Below, one piece after another: positions 49,695-62,082 of a stretch of DNA of 64,000 bases (the stretch's first letter is position 1; every line of letters starts with the position of its first letter). The notes under the pieces are model-generated. The model saw only the letters and a list, made by a program, of their open reading frames with translations, did not search any database and had not been told where the DNA came from. The DNA comes from Octopus vulgaris (Eukaryota), in the NCBI GenBank assembly GCA_951406725.2, contig OX597831.1, positions 372,001 through 436,000 of the forward strand, in the 5' to 3' direction. The position numbers were made by a program, and so were the translations under genes.

Positions 49695-52600
49695 CATACA
49701 TACACACACACATATATATGAGAGAGAGAGAGAGAATGTGTACCTTATCAAAAAAGGCAAACTCATTTAGCGTGCCGTATTTTCCAGCTTCAGCTAATGA
49801 AACATCTTTTAAACTGCTAGGTTTTAATTTCTGCAAACAGAAAAATAAAACAAAGACTAAATTAAAACAGAAAACAAACAGAAAAATGGGATTAAACTAT
49901 GTATAATGAATATTTACTTTAAAAGTAAATGATTATTTAGAGAGGGACAAAAATAAAAAAAAAAGGAGGTAGATTAGTGAACTGAATTGATTTCAGTAGA
50001 AGAGGTAAAAAAATTTTTAATCCGAGTTGAATCTAAATTGATGTTAGATATTTTTATTGAGTAATCAACTATTTCTGTGGCTATCATACTCTCTTATGAT
50101 CCACTCCATATACTGTATTTAAGCTTATGAGAGGATAAAATGAGCCATAATAGAGGAAAGAAACTGTTTTACCTTAGCTGGAGGCTGTTGATTGGCTGGA
50201 GGACGTCTTAACTGGCAACTGCTTTTATTATTCTGAGTTTTGTTATTTATTCCAGGTTTTTTAACACTAGAGGTCCGATCATTCCGTACACTCAAAGGAG
50301 AATCACTTTGCTGAGGCGAAGACGACTGATGTAAAAGAAAAAAGTTTTCCTCTTTATTACACAAATACAACATCGTTTAGCATTTTAGATTTTTCACATT
50401 GCAACCCCACCCCCAAATTACAGAGGCAGGTTATAGCTCCTATAATTGTTCCCAGGACATGGCTGTGGACCTGCACTTATATAAATTGACCCCAAAATAA
50501 ACGAAACATTACAACAATGGATTGTTGGGTACCGCAAAGGACTCCGTTATTATGAAGGACGTACTAGACAACCACTGGATATCCTTTGTGGTTGCTTCTT
50601 TACGGTCAAGTGTAATGCTTATTTATTCCTGCTGTTTTGAATTAATCACATATCTCATAGCTTTAAGATTTCAAGGATGTGATTATTTTATGAGAGAGGC
50701 CAGATCTAGCTGGTTTGAACATAGAGCAGGTAGAATACAGCAGGTTTAAATTCATAGACATTAAGTCCAGCACTTGAAACAATTACATACCCCCAACCAC
50801 CACTTTCAACAACAGCTCTATCCATCCATGGTGACTATTTACAGGAGGCAATGAATCAACAGCAGATGACCAGTACAAATAACCTGTGAATACTGGGTCC
50901 AGAGAATAATATACTTTCTGTAAGATTTGTGTTTCCTTAAAAGAAGAGATGGTAAGTCTTTGTCAAAATACTTACACAGTTTATATATGAAGAACCATTG
51001 GCATCTGGAAGAAACTGACCAAACTCCTTGAGAAGGTCTTCCTGATTGTGGAATAATCTAGCCACCTGGGAGTAGACTTCCGCTTCAGTGAGAGGTTTAC
51101 AGCCAGGTTGATTGATACCCTGAATCAAAATAAAAAAATAAGAAACATCAATATTTTGAAGACATCCAATATTTCTTCTTCGCTGAAATCCATTATCAAC
51201 TGCCTTTTCACTCAGTTTCTGCACTCTTCTAACGAAACTGATTGGAAGCAGAAAAATTTCCAGGCAGTCATCGAAGTATTAAAACTCATCATTTCGCCTG
51301 GCACCTGTGCAGGTGGCACGTAAAAAGCACCCACTACACTCATGGAGTGGTTGGCGTTAGGAAGGGCATCCAGCTGTAGAAACATTGCCAGATAAGACTG
51401 GAGCCTGGTGCAGCCTTCTGGCTTCCCAGATCCCCGGTCGAACCGTCCAACCCATGCTAGCATGGAGAACGGACGTTAAACGATGATGATGATATCCTTT
51501 GCCCGACAATGTAAAAACTAATATAAAGACAATAAAGGTGACTATGGGTATGTGTGCATGTATAAGAGTTCAAGCGACTATTGCAGACAATACTGCCAAT
51601 ACAAGTGTATACAAAACCCTAATGCTAATAATATAGAAAAAATTGGAAGAAGAGAGGAGGGATGTTCATGTTGATTTTATAGAATTAAAATCATTTTACA
51701 TTAATGAAAAAATACAATACTAACTTCCTTCAAATTTCTTTGTTCCTTCTGGTAGGTGTGCAAGATCTCCAAGAAAGCTTTGTAGACTTCAGGCTGGCCT
51801 TGGAATCTATTCTATAAAAACAAAGCCAATATTCATATTAATACAGTTAATTTGGGTTTGTAGATATTTCAATAAAGGCAAAGTGGGGAGAAAAAATTTT
51901 TTCAACAAGAAAGTTTCCAGGAATGTTAACATTTCTATAATAAGGCAAAAAAGTTTTGTAAACAAGGGACATAGGTTTAAAATCCAGATAATACAAATTT
52001 AGGTGTCCCTCGTGGAAGCATTACTTTTACATTCCTAAAACCATGAAAGTTAATGGAGAAATAGATTTCTGCACCATAGGATTCCATGTTACAGAACGAT
52101 TTTCAGGAACACAACACTTCTAAAACACCCAAGATACTTGTACATTATTAATCTTATAAAGATGGAAGTTAATATTGGTAAATTTTGTGGTTGGTATTGA
52201 GAGAACCATATAGCCTGGTCTACTGATATGGCTATCACCACTGCTCTATTAATTACCAAGTCATTAAAAATAATTACGTGTGTATAAATTTTCCTCATGT
52301 TACAAGTTAGATTTGAAGGTTTTTACAATCTGCATATAAATTTTCTTTCGAGCATAAGACTGTCTAAGTAGTTTGACAGATAAACTGTACCAGACAGCAT
52401 ATTTTTTAATAAAAGAGCATATTACAATAGTTAGGTAAATTGTAATTTGTGCTTTCAACAATCCAAATTGACAACATCATAAACATCTGATATGTGACTA
52501 TAAACACTAATAACTGCAATGCTAGTTTTCATAACATGTAATAATAATGCCCCCTTTCTTGATCTGAGTATTTTACAAAGGGTGACACAATTCAATCAGT

Positions 52601-55600
52601 TTATCCTGGTTTCAACACAAGTTACTTTTCATTTCAGCAGAGACCATAAGGATAGTTTAATTGCACTGGATGCAATTTAATTCACAAGCTCTACAAGTAT
52701 TCTATTTCATTACCTTGTACTCTTTATCAACTTTTTTTTTTTTTTATTATTATACTCCAATCATGTTACTAGAAGATACTGAGTTGTGTTAGATCTCAGC
52801 AATTTGAGAATTGTGCCTGTTTGACTTTGTAAAATTTTTTTGGAAAATCAATTTCAAGGAATTATACAAAGATTGAGAAAAGCTGTGAAGGCCAGGAATA
52901 ATGTGTGGCCAAAAACAATTTATTTCTGCAGTATTTTGAACTCTCATTCTCTTCTGTTGTTTATTTGAAAAACTATATTGAACCGTTTATTTTTATTTTT
53001 TTCTTCCTTTTTGTTGGGTCTTTCTCTCTGTAGTATTTAAAAAAATTTTGTGGACTATATTTGAAACAGTTGTGAAATTGGAGAGAAAAACAGAATACAA
53101 AATGATAGCTCCATGAAAAGATTTAACTCTTTAGTATTCAGATTACTCTATCAAATGTCATGTTTACATTGAACTTGACCACAGACAGTACAAAGAGGTT
53201 ACACTGCAGATTGAGCCAGTTATGCACTTCTCTCTCTCACTCTGGGAAGTGTAACCATAACTCATACAAACTATCTTGATACAAAGTTAATTGTGGAAGC
53301 TTGTGGCACCAAAAAGAGTATAGCTGTGGCTGTGTGGTAAGAAGCTTGCTTCCCAACCACATGGCTCTGAGTTTAGTCCTACTGCGTGGCACCTTGGGCA
53401 AGTGTTTTCTACTATAGACTTGACCTGACCAAAGCCTTGTGAGTGGATTTGGTAGATGGAAACTGAAAGAAGCCTGTAGTGCGTGTCCCCAGTACCACTT
53501 AACAGGTGTTAGTGTGTTTATGTCCTTGTAACTTAGTAGCTTGGTAAAAGACTAATAAGTACCAGGTTTAAGAAAAAATAAGTACTGGGATCGATTCATT
53601 CAACAAAAAATTTTTCAGGGTAGTGCCCCAGCATGGCTGCAGTCTAATGACTGAAACAAGTAAAAAGTAAACGAACCTTGATTTTATTAACATAGTTAAT
53701 GGCATGGTTAAACTCTACTGGCTGACTTGTTGGTTGACCTTGAGGGTTACTGTGCTGGTTGGTGGTCGGCATGTCTGCACCGACTCTTGAAGATTGGTTC
53801 TGAGAATGCTGACTTGTAGCACAGCCATTTGGAGAAGAACCAGGGACATTATTGGTCAAATTTTTCTGAATTGGAATAAAAAAAAAAAAAAATTATATAA
53901 GTCATAACACAATACACTGAGATTTGAAAAAGACAAAAATACAAATGAATTGCATACTAAATCTATACAGCATCATCTGGCTAATGGTAGCAACTTAGAT
54001 TTAAAATACAATTTAAACTAGGCTTGTAGAAGAAAGATATTTTTGTGTGGGGTGGGAGGAAAGAACAACTGTGTTAAATATTTTTTGATAAAATATGTTA
54101 GGGGCTTTTGGTTTTAGTATATAGAGGTACATATGTTGTTCAGTCTTCTAATTATACCTAATGAAGCAGATATATGATCAAAGGTGCCATAGTAATGACC
54201 ACTATCTTTTTACATATCAGTGACTACATTACTCAGTGTGTCCTAACTTTGTGTGATTTGAGATTTGCTTGCTATATTTTAGCAAGTCAAACCACAACAA
54301 TACTCACAGTATGCTGACAAGAATCATTTCTCAGACACCTTTTTCCCAAGCCACCTTAATGTCTATTTTGTAGATGTGAAAGTCTTCTCAATCTTAATTT
54401 TTTTTTCAAATATAACTGAATCTCTAACACAATCCGTGGTCAGGTATATTTTAAGTGGCTCTCCCCACAAAAAAGGTTAAAATATATGACTAAATACATT
54501 TGTATGGTGTGCCTCCTCCCACCACCACCAAGGGTCAAGTCATGATAGTGGGATGATGTCAGAGGCAAGATAAAGAGGATTGGTAGAAAATTAGGTAAAA
54601 AGTCTGATTTTCTGATAAAGGTCTGTGTGAATTGTTACATATTTTCTATCATTTTTTTTTTCTTCACATTTTGAAAGTTCAAGTGTGTTAAAGTAGCTAA
54701 GATCCAATGTCAACAACAGGATCAAGTGCTAAGGGAGGTGGTAGACTTAATTAAGATAAGACAATAGCAAAACAGAGAAATGGCTAAGTTTGGAGATAGA
54801 TCAGGTTTGCCTTTTTTACTCATTTTTTTTTCTGCTGAATATCTTTCCTTTCAACAGTTGTCTCCAAACTAATTTTAAAATAGACTTTTAGAACAGGTAT
54901 TGTGTTGCAAAAAAAAAAAAAAAGAAAAAGTCAGGCATGTGGGAGATGAGAAGAAATACTAAAAGTATCCAAGGGGTAGGTGGATGTGAGGCTCCTAAAA
55001 TTCATAAGGTATACACTCACGGAGCAGCTGGCGTTAGGAAGGGCATCCAGCTGTAGAAACATTGCCAGATAAGACCGGAGCCTGGTGCAGCCTTCTGGCT
55101 TCTCAGATCCCCAGTCGAACCGTCCAATCCATGCTAGCATGGAGAACAGACGTTAAACGATGATGATGATGTGTGGGGGGGGGGACAAAAACTTATTCAA
55201 AAAGGTACCCTCAAACTGGGGACCCAGACCAAATGCAACAGAATCTGACAGGTCATCTAAGAATTGCCTTCTGCATTAGTGCTTACTTTGGCATGGTTTC
55301 TATGGATAGATGCCCTTCCAAATTCCAACCACTCTACATTTGTGTACTGGTTACTTTTTCACACCAATACTAGAGGAGTTGCCATGCAGCTTGCACGACT
55401 ACAAGTCTCCAAGAAGAGTGGCTTTATGCAAGGAGATGAGGAGTTAAAGAGAGAAGGGTCCAGAGTAGAAAAGGCTTTTTGTTGTAGAAAGGCCACACAG
55501 TTTTAGAACATATTTTAGAAGACCGGGTGAAGGAGTGATAAGAGAAGAAATAAAAATAGTGGTATGAAGTGTCAAGGTGAACTCTCAAAGTATAATTGAG

Positions 55601-57240
55601 TTGAAGTGAATTGGGAGGCAGAAGAAGCAGGAGTATGGGTGGGTGGAGGTTACAAGTATGCATGGGAGGGTGAGACAGGGAAGCCCCAAAAAAATGAAAA
55701 GTAAACTAGACAGACAGGATTTGAACTATGAGTGCAGGGAGTCAGAACAAATACCAAGAGACAATATCAGAACACTGAAAAAAAAAAAAAAGCTATTTCT
55801 AGAGACCAAATAAAATGATACATGTTATCAAAGACAAGATGATGGAATATCTCTACAACTCTGATACATTTTAAATTAAGGATTGACATTTTAAATTTAT
55901 ATAGGAAAAAATGAATCATTCCTGTAATATATATATATATGGCTGGCCTGTAGTTAAAATAGTTTCTTAACAACCACCCACTTAATTAGTATGTGGCATT
56001 TTACTGAGAGCTGCACATTAAAAGTTTAACGGACTTAATTTAGAATTTATGTTGAAATACAAACCTAGCTGCCACGATCACCTCACCAAAAACGAGAATC
56101 GTATTTGACTTATCTAATACAAGAAATTTTTCACACATTTTTTTTTATTTTGTGGACTCTCTTGTTGTAAACAGAAAGTAAATGTTCTGCAATTTCTAAC
56201 TGAACAACCTGCACAAATGATTGGTTTATAATCAAATGTTTGTGCTGCACATTAAACTCCCTCCCTCAAACTGACATTGTCTATACAGGTGCATGGTGTT
56301 CCATACATCAGATGTTGAAGTGACACAGCAACACAAAAAGCGTTTAGCTCAAGAACATAAGGCACTGCCCAGCCTGGGAACTGAGATTCCACCTCTAGGC
56401 CATATGCCTTCATTATGTGTATGTATGTGTGTGCATGCATGTTTGCATTTCTCTGAAAAATCAGTGAGATGCAAGCAGTGAAGCCATTTCTCTTAACAAA
56501 TTGTTCAATGGTTATGTGCTTCCAAAGATGCAGAATAAATAAAATCTCTCATTTGAAAAGCAGATAAAGGTAAGAGATACGAAAGGCATCTGGCTGTACA
56601 CCAAGATCTTAACCCAACTTATACAAGCATGGAAAAGCAGAGGTAAAAACCAATGAAGAAATTACTTTGCTAAGTATAACATTTTAAATTTAAAAGACAA
56701 GTGGACAAACTAAATAAGCAAATGAAGATAAGTGAAGTGGGAATTAATGAAGTTGAAGGAAGGAAAAAACAAGTAGAGTTACTCACTGTATATCCTGGCC
56801 CTGGGGTTGATGTTGGTAGAGCACTGTTGGTAATGGAAACAACTTGCTGGTTCGGTTGAGTGACATTTATTTCATTTGCTTGCACCTCTATCTTGTAGCC
56901 AGGAGGAAGAAATGTATTAAAACCAACTATTAACTCCGGATGCCCCTTGAACAAGTTTGATACTCGGTTGATCACTCCAGGAGTATCAATGCTAAATAAA
57001 AAAGACAAGTGTACAATCTAAATAAGTAAATGAATACTTTCCCTTTTGTCTCAAAGTTCAGGAATATCCATTACAAATTTACAAAGTAAATAAATAAGAA
57101 GCCCTTACGTTTGAGATTTAAATTCTTTCATGATGTCCAAGAAGTCGTTGTAGACCTGTGGTTGAGTACCAAATTGTAATTTAACTTGGTCCAAGTAGGA
57201 TAAAGCATCCTCAACCTTGAGCCGTTGGAACTGCTGCTGT

Positions 57241-57273
<33 letters not shown>

Positions 57274-57299
57274 CCCTGTATTGGGGTGTTACCATGTGC
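24388..57299 (-). CDS. SIN3A: Paired amphipathic helix protein SIN3A, 22 coding exons identified (3567 nt, about 1188 aa); N-terminal exon(s) not found in the window
   Basis: All 22 exons have GT-AG boundaries and consistent phases, and translate to PAH1, PAH2, PAH3, HID and Sin3 C-terminal motifs. Confidence 0.96.
26297..26507 (-). CDS. SIN3A: SIN3A penultimate coding exon
   Basis: tcacag|G AAC CTG...AGG GAG|gtaagt; NLR...[27 protein letters not shown]. Confidence 0.93.
27211..27390. repeat. Imperfect inverted repeat (~180-bp hairpin) in a SIN3A intron
   Basis: cagcatcaggtgttccaagcacacttggatacc pairs with ggcatccaaatacacttggaacacccaatgctg; ggaacact pairs with agtgttcc. Confidence 0.75.
32829..33016 (-). 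CDS. SIN3A: SIN3A exon
   Basis: ttgtag|TTT AAG...CCG AG|gtaaag; LTIELLDTE...KWANYIESY...KKAVFLPR. Confidence 0.93.
33944..34126 (-). CDS. SIN3A: SIN3A exon
   Basis: ttacag|CTT ACC...ATG ATT|gtgagt; [10 protein letters not shown]...[19 protein letters not shown]. Confidence 0.93.
35364..35779. repeat. AT-rich foldback element or MITE with ~160-bp inverted arms
   Basis: catctggtaaagtacagaacaagaa / ttcttgttctgtactttaccagatg; ttacttaaaatattgcag / ctgcaatattttaagtaa; attacatggaaaa / ttttccatgtaat. Confidence 0.8.
36580..37092 (-). mobile_element. Degraded RTE LINE: ORF C-terminus plus 3' UTR and tail
   Basis: Minus-strand pieces [22 protein letters not shown] and GRGRPKK..D.VV.K.LQMLGLT run into the catgctagcatggaaagtggacgttaaatgatga tail. 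Confidence 0.7.
37345..37514 (-). CDS. SIN3A: SIN3A exon, PAH4 region
   Basis: atctag|AT GTA...AGA CAG|gtacaa; [51 protein letters not shown] (absent from the ORF track). Confidence 0.95.
38607..38793 (-). CDS. SIN3A: SIN3A exon, start of C-terminal domain
   Basis: cttcag|CAA GAC...CAA A|gtaagc; [22 protein letters not shown]...STAIALRLR. Confidence 0.94.
41356..41549 (-). CDS. SIN3A: SIN3A exon, acidic low-complexity linker
   Basis: taacag|AC ATG GAT...GAA GAT|gtaagt; its 1/0 phase is required to join the flanking exons. Confidence 0.87.
43131..43244 (-). CDS. SIN3A: SIN3A exon
   Basis: attcag|GT ATT...GAT G|gtaaga; [32 protein letters not shown]. Confidence 0.93.
44478..44604 (-). CDS. 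SIN3A: SIN3A exon
   Basis: ttgtag|CAA GCA...GCA A|gtaagt; [28 protein letters not shown]. Confidence 0.92.
44721..44904 (-). CDS. SIN3A: SIN3A exon, HID
   Basis: tttcag|G TTA AAA...GAT GAG|gttagt; [33 protein letters not shown]...[11 protein letters not shown]. Confidence 0.95.
44996..45076 (-). CDS. SIN3A: SIN3A exon, HID
   Basis: catcag|G TTA TAT...AGA AG|gtgaga; [27 protein letters not shown]. Confidence 0.94.
45193..45350 (-). CDS. SIN3A: SIN3A exon, HID
   Basis: ttttag|TTA GAT...CAT CG|gtgagt; [53 protein letters not shown]. Confidence 0.95.
46107..46211. repeat. Near-perfect 105-bp palindrome in a SIN3A intron
   Basis: Perfect 18-bp core TTCATACTATTCAAGCAC-A-GTGCTTGAATAGTATGAA with outer arms tatgttagaat..ggaccctttaag / cttaaagggtcc..attctaacata. 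Confidence 0.9.
47060..47405. repeat. 14-bp purine-rich minisatellite (AGAGCAAAGGAGAA)n
   Basis: About 5 AGAGCGAAGGAGAA units, then about 12 AGAGCAAAGGAGAA units, with degenerate flanks. Confidence 0.95.
47465..47679 (-). CDS. SIN3A: SIN3A exon, HDAC-interaction domain
   Basis: ttgcag|AT TTT...TTT GAG|gtaaaa; [16 protein letters not shown]...[49 protein letters not shown]. Confidence 0.96.
48374..48504 (-). CDS. SIN3A: SIN3A exon, PAH3 end
   Basis: ttccag|G AGG CAT...ATA G|gtaagt; [17 protein letters not shown]...LAMEI. Confidence 0.93.
49456..49574 (-). CDS. SIN3A: SIN3A exon, PAH3
   Basis: ttttag|GTG CGA...TTG GG|gtgagt; [40 protein letters not shown]. Confidence 0.94.
49744..49830 (-). 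CDS. SIN3A: SIN3A exon, start of PAH3
   Basis: ttgcag|AAA TTA...GAT AAG|gtacac; [29 protein letters not shown]. Confidence 0.93.
50173..50325 (-). CDS. SIN3A: SIN3A exon, PAH2-PAH3 linker
   Basis: catcag|TCG TCT...GCT AAG|gtaaaa; [13 protein letters not shown]...QPPAK, phase 0/0. Confidence 0.88.
50976..51119 (-). CDS. SIN3A: SIN3A exon, PAH2 end
   Basis: attcag|GGT ATC...AAC TGT|gtaagt; [31 protein letters not shown]. Confidence 0.94.
51295..51492 (+). mobile_element. RTE-LINE 3' UTR repeat (truncated copy)
   Basis: Near-exact reverse complement of part of 21483-21680; (GAT)n tail. Confidence 0.75.
51725..51811 (-). CDS. SIN3A: SIN3A exon, PAH2
   Basis: ttatag|AAT AGA...AAG GAA|gttagt; [29 protein letters not shown] (absent from the ORF track). 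Confidence 0.94.
53324..53670 (+). mobile_element. tRNA-derived SINE abutting a SIN3A 5' splice site
   Basis: tggctgtgtggtaagaagcttgc...gactgaaacaagtaaaaagtaa. Confidence 0.75.
53677..53865 (-). CDS. SIN3A: SIN3A exon, linker and start of PAH2
   Basis: attcag|AAA AAT...ATC AAG|gttcgt; ends [16 protein letters not shown]. Confidence 0.92.
55015..55170 (+). mobile_element. RTE-LINE 3' UTR repeat (short copy)
   Basis: ggcgttaggaagggcatccagc...catgctagcatggagaacagacgttaaac(GAT)n. Confidence 0.72.
56787..56991 (-). CDS. SIN3A: SIN3A exon, PAH1 C-terminal half
   Basis: atttag|C ATT GAT...TAT ACA|gtgagt; [36 protein letters not shown]. Confidence 0.95.
57109..57299 (-). CDS. SIN3A: SIN3A exon, polyQ and start of PAH1
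   Basis: atccag|GCA CAT...CAA AC|gtaagg; Q14[40 protein letters not shown]. Confidence 0.95.
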
Positions 57300-57603
57300 C
57301 TGGATAATATAAAAAGATTTCGAACAATGAAAATTGGTTGGAGGGAGTGCTGCAAAAGACAATTGTTGTTCATACAGGCATGAAAATTATGTCCATTATA
57401 TTTCTGTCAGTAATGTGGGAATTAAAGTTGGAATAGTGAAGACTTTTCACATAGAGAGATGCAGTTCCAAGTGTGAATAAAAACTGGGCCCAGACAATTC
57501 ATGGTGGTGCAATCAACTATGTACTATGATACTCATGATAAAAATAAAGGATAACAGTAAATTCTAACCTTGCCACAAGGCCTTACATTTCAAAGTCAAT
57601 TAA

Positions 57604-57767
57604 CCCTTTGGTTGTCCAAAGCATTTTCATAAGTTTGTCCTAAACACTCACACTTGTTTTCAGACTTTTAGTCAGCCCTTGCTTTATATGGTCTACATAA
57701 TATAAAGCTTCCTTTTTGTAAATCCCAGGGAAATATGTCCCATGAGATACACAGGATAGGTAAAGGG
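57604..57767. mobile_element. TTAA-flanked MITE, third type
   Basis: ttaa|CCCTTT...AAAGGG|ttaa. Confidence 0.5.
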
Positions 57768-60200
57768 TTAAACCAATACCACAACTTGACTGGTATTTAT
57801 TTTATTGATTTTTGAATGATGAAAAGCAAATTTAATTCTAGCAGTATTTGAACACAAAATAGAAATGGGCCTACCCCAACCTCAAATCAAAATACTGCCA
57901 TGCATTTTGCCTATGGCTAGTGAGTATGCCATTCACCAACCCCAAGGATAATAAAACCATTATTATTAAACAACTGCAACTACTTCAAGCACCAGCAGAC
58001 AGTACTAGAAGTACAATGAATTAGAAGTGTACAAAATACATTATGTAGTCAAATTATAAATACAGCAGGCAGGTAAGTCTCCAGGTTATAATAGGAACTT
58101 ATTTGTGTATATATTTAGTGACAAATTTGATAAGAGACCATGAACCCCCTTGCCCTCCTCTGGCACAATAATTTAACACATAAGTGTTTCTGGTTTATAC
58201 ATAATAAACAGTGTCAAAGATAAGACATAAGTGAAGCACACAGTTTGTAGATGAACAACAGAAAACAATAACTGTATATTAAAAAATATGAACAAAAAAT
58301 TTAATTAAAGTTTCTATGTTATATGTAATGACTAACTTTCAAATACAATAAAAATTGAATATTTAGGAGGTAGCTGAAATTGTGCAGTGTATATTAAAAA
58401 AATATATATTACGGATAAATAAACAAATAAGTAAATAAATACAAACTAATGAGCAAATAGGGAATGCATTATAAAAATACAGGTCATCATAAAAGGCAAA
58501 TTCATTCGGCATCTTCAACAGAGTATAGGAAAAAATTTTTTACAACCCGGGCAGAGGAAAGAAGTTTATTTATATGCCATCCAAAACTTGTGAAAAAGTG
58601 TGGACAATACTATTATGGAAGAGTTGATTTGTTAAAAGGGTGGGGGAAATATGGTTGGTTTGAATTAAAGTTGGTAATATACTGCTGTTATTTATTATTT
58701 TTGTTTTCGCTGAATCTAGTTACAACCTCACAGTTCTGAGTTCAAAACCTCTCAGAGCTGATTTTGGTTTTCATAAAAAAAAAAAAAAAAAAATACACAT
58801 TATTTAACCATGATAAAATATCAACTTGGTATAAATTCAACAGACTATATATAAACACTAGCTTTCTTTAAAAACCACATACATTGATATATTTCTGTAA
58901 TACATCTATACATCTGGTTATCAATCTACCTATATAGTTTTTACATGCTTCACTCACTAAGCTATGGCACAGTTTAGAAGGGTTTACTTGATCAAATCTA
59001 CTCCAAGTCTACCACTTATACTTTCAGCTTCTAGTTGCTGAACTGACTATTGCCTATAACCACCACTAAGTTATAGGGAAATAAACAAACCAACACTAGT
59101 TGCCAAGTAGTGCATGATAAATTCAAAAACACACACAAGACAGGCTCTCATAAGGCAATGGTTGGTCCAAAGCTATAGTAGAAGACACTTGCCTAATAAA
59201 GAGTAGTAGAGTGGGATTGAACCCAGAACCATGTGTTTGAAAAGTGGATTTATAAAAATAGTAAATGTAATATTTATTCATACATAATGCACACCACTAT
59301 TTTTGGGTAATGAAATACCAGAAAATATATACCTTGTCTACAATATACAGTGACTTTTCTTCAAGGTAACCTTTTGGAAAAGTAGGATAATTAAAATGGA
59401 ACCGGTGTTAATGGGATATGTAAAAATTAAATTGGCTTTCCTGAATTAGATATCAACAAATAAATAAATCTTTCATAAGAGGTGAGTCATGCATTGTTCT
59501 CTTTTTATTTTTTATTTCGTTTTCAAAAGTCTCCAGATTTTAAAATTTTGAATGCCAGAGATTCCACATTAAAATTCATCACATCTTGTCATAAATATAT
59601 GTAGTTGCTTTGATCTTGCTTAACTCCTATCACAGGACAGCCATACATCTCCATTCATAAATTTCTCTTCTAGAAACTTTCATATAGATAATTATACAGT
59701 CTGGCTGTCAGCAATGTTAGCTTAATGAATAAAATATATGTTTTTAATAATGGTGTTCAGATAGGAAAATGGCACTCAATAACAATTGTATCAAATTTTG
59801 GCACAAGGCCAGCAATTTTGAGGGGTGGGAGACACATCAATTACACCAACCTCAGCACTTGATTGGTAATTATTTTATCAACCCAGCAGGATGAAAGGCA
59901 AATTTGACATCAGCAAAATTTGAACTTAGAATGTAATGAGTCGGAACACATACAGTTAGGCATTTTGTCGGGCAGAGTAATGAATCAGCCAGATGGTTGC
60001 CTTAATAATAATAATTGTTTCAAATTTTGGCACAAAGCCAGCAATTCTTGGGGGAGAGGCAAGTCGATCACACCAACCTCAGTATTTGGGTGGTATTTTA
60101 TTAACTCTGAAAGGATGAAAGACAAAGTTGATTTTGGTAGAATTTTATCTCTAAGCATTTTTGTCTGGCATGGTACTGATTCTGTTAGTTCACCACTTTC

Positions 60201-60202
<2 letters not shown>

Positions 60203-60241
<39 letters not shown>
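60203..60241. repeat. (AAT)n microsatellite
   Basis: Directly visible. Confidence 0.9.
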
Positions 60242-60339
60242 CTATTTAAAATCATTAACTTAAATAATTTTCATTGCATGTTGCCACACTGAAAATTTTT
60301 TTTAAAAGCCAACTTTTCTTTTTTCTTCAAAACAATCTT

Positions 60340-60668
60340 TACTCTTTTACTTGTTTCAGTCATTTGACTGTGGCCATGCTGGAGCATCGCCTTTAGTCGA
60401 GCAAATCGACCCCAGGACTTATTCTTTGTAAGCCTAGTACTTATTCTGTTGGTCTCTTTTGTCGAACTGATAAGTTACAGGGACATAAACACAAACACAC
60501 ACATATATATGACAGGCTTCTTTCAGTTTCCGTCTACCAAATCCACTCACAAGGCTTTGGTCGGCCCAAGGCTATAATAGAAGACACTTGCCCAAGGTGC
60601 CATGCAGTGGGACTGAACCCGGAACCATGTGGTTGGTAAGCAAGCTACTTACCACACAGCCACTCCTG
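60340..60668 (-). mobile_element. tRNA-derived SINE (near full length)
   Basis: Reverse complement of the 17121-17440 family, with the complete body. Confidence 0.78.
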
Positions 60669-60819
60669 TGCCTTTAGATAACTGTTTTGAACACAAAGCT
60701 CCATTTTATAAGTTATTACATCTTGTAGCAGATATTAGACATTGCTTTGGTTTTAATGCACACCAGAAAAGAGTTATAAATTATTCTTCTAAAATAACAA
60801 TATATATATATACACACGG

Positions 60820-61030
60820 GGAGGGGGGTGCCAAAACGTTCCTGGCTTTGAGTAAAAGAAAACACAGGAGGATCAATTAATTATGATTTTATTCAACATA
60901 TTCCCCCCTTAGATTCACATGCAGTGGTCCTTCAGTTTTTTGAAGCCCTGTAAAAGAACTTAGAATGTTGAGCCTCCAAACGGGCCTTTTGCGATATCCT
61001 TAAAGCCAGGAGCTTTTCAGCAGCCCCTCA
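60820..61030. mobile_element. Mariner-like MITE
   Basis: gaggggggtgccaaaacgttcctggcttt / aaagccaggagcttttcagcagcccctc, TA on the right. Confidence 0.6.
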
Positions 61031-62048
61031 TACACGCACACACAATTTTACTATGTGTTGTCAATGGAGTTTTAAGCCCCACGTTAATATTTAGCAATAT
61101 TTTTTAAGAATTATCATTTGGGATCAGGCAATAGCTTTAGATTTATAAGAAAAGAAAAGAAAAAACTAAAGCATTCAATTATGCAATATATATATTACTT
61201 AATATATATAAAACCAATAAAATAAAAGGAAATATATTGATGTAATTGATCTAAGCTTATTACATAATATATTGACTAAATAGTCATAGCTAGAACACCA
61301 TTGTGGTATTACCTATTATAGCGGGTTATTGAATGTGTTCTTATAGCAGAGTTTATTTGTATATATAGACAAATTGTGGTATGTAGCAAACATGTATATA
61401 AAAAAAAAAGTACATTTGTCACTTTACAGCTTCTTTTTTTTTTTTTTACATTTTACTTCTAATTTTGATATATTAGTAAAATAGTAAACAACTTTGAGCA
61501 GTACAATCCTATATGTACATTTATGAAATATAATTATCATTTAAATGATATGGAAAAATGGTAATGCACATCCATGATTTTTAGGCTTAAAAATCTGGAA
61601 AGTGTACATTACACATGAATAATTACATGGGATCTTAAAATCTCAAATTATTATTGCATAACATCCTTCATTTTTCAGTATAGCTGTAAAAGTCATAAAA
61701 GAGAATGATTATATAATATAAGGGTGTGCAGTTTAGAAGTTTGTTCCCAAACTATATGGTTTCAGGTTCAGTTTCATGGTGTGGTACCTTGAACAAGCAT
61801 CTTCTACTTAGACATGGGCCAACCAAACCTTGAGTGGATTGGTAGATGGAGACTGAAAGAAGCTTATCTGTGTATACTGACATACATACATACACACACG
61901 TGTGCTTGTGTCTCCTAGTTTTGACATCAAACAATAGTCGTAAACGTGTGCCATCATCACTCAACGGTGTCTCTTGTTTTCAAATTTCTGCGTAAACACA
62001 TCTGGCCAAAGACAATCCGCCTTAACAAATTCTGCCTAACTCACAGAT

Positions 62049-62050
<2 letters not shown>

Positions 62051-62082
<32 letters not shown>

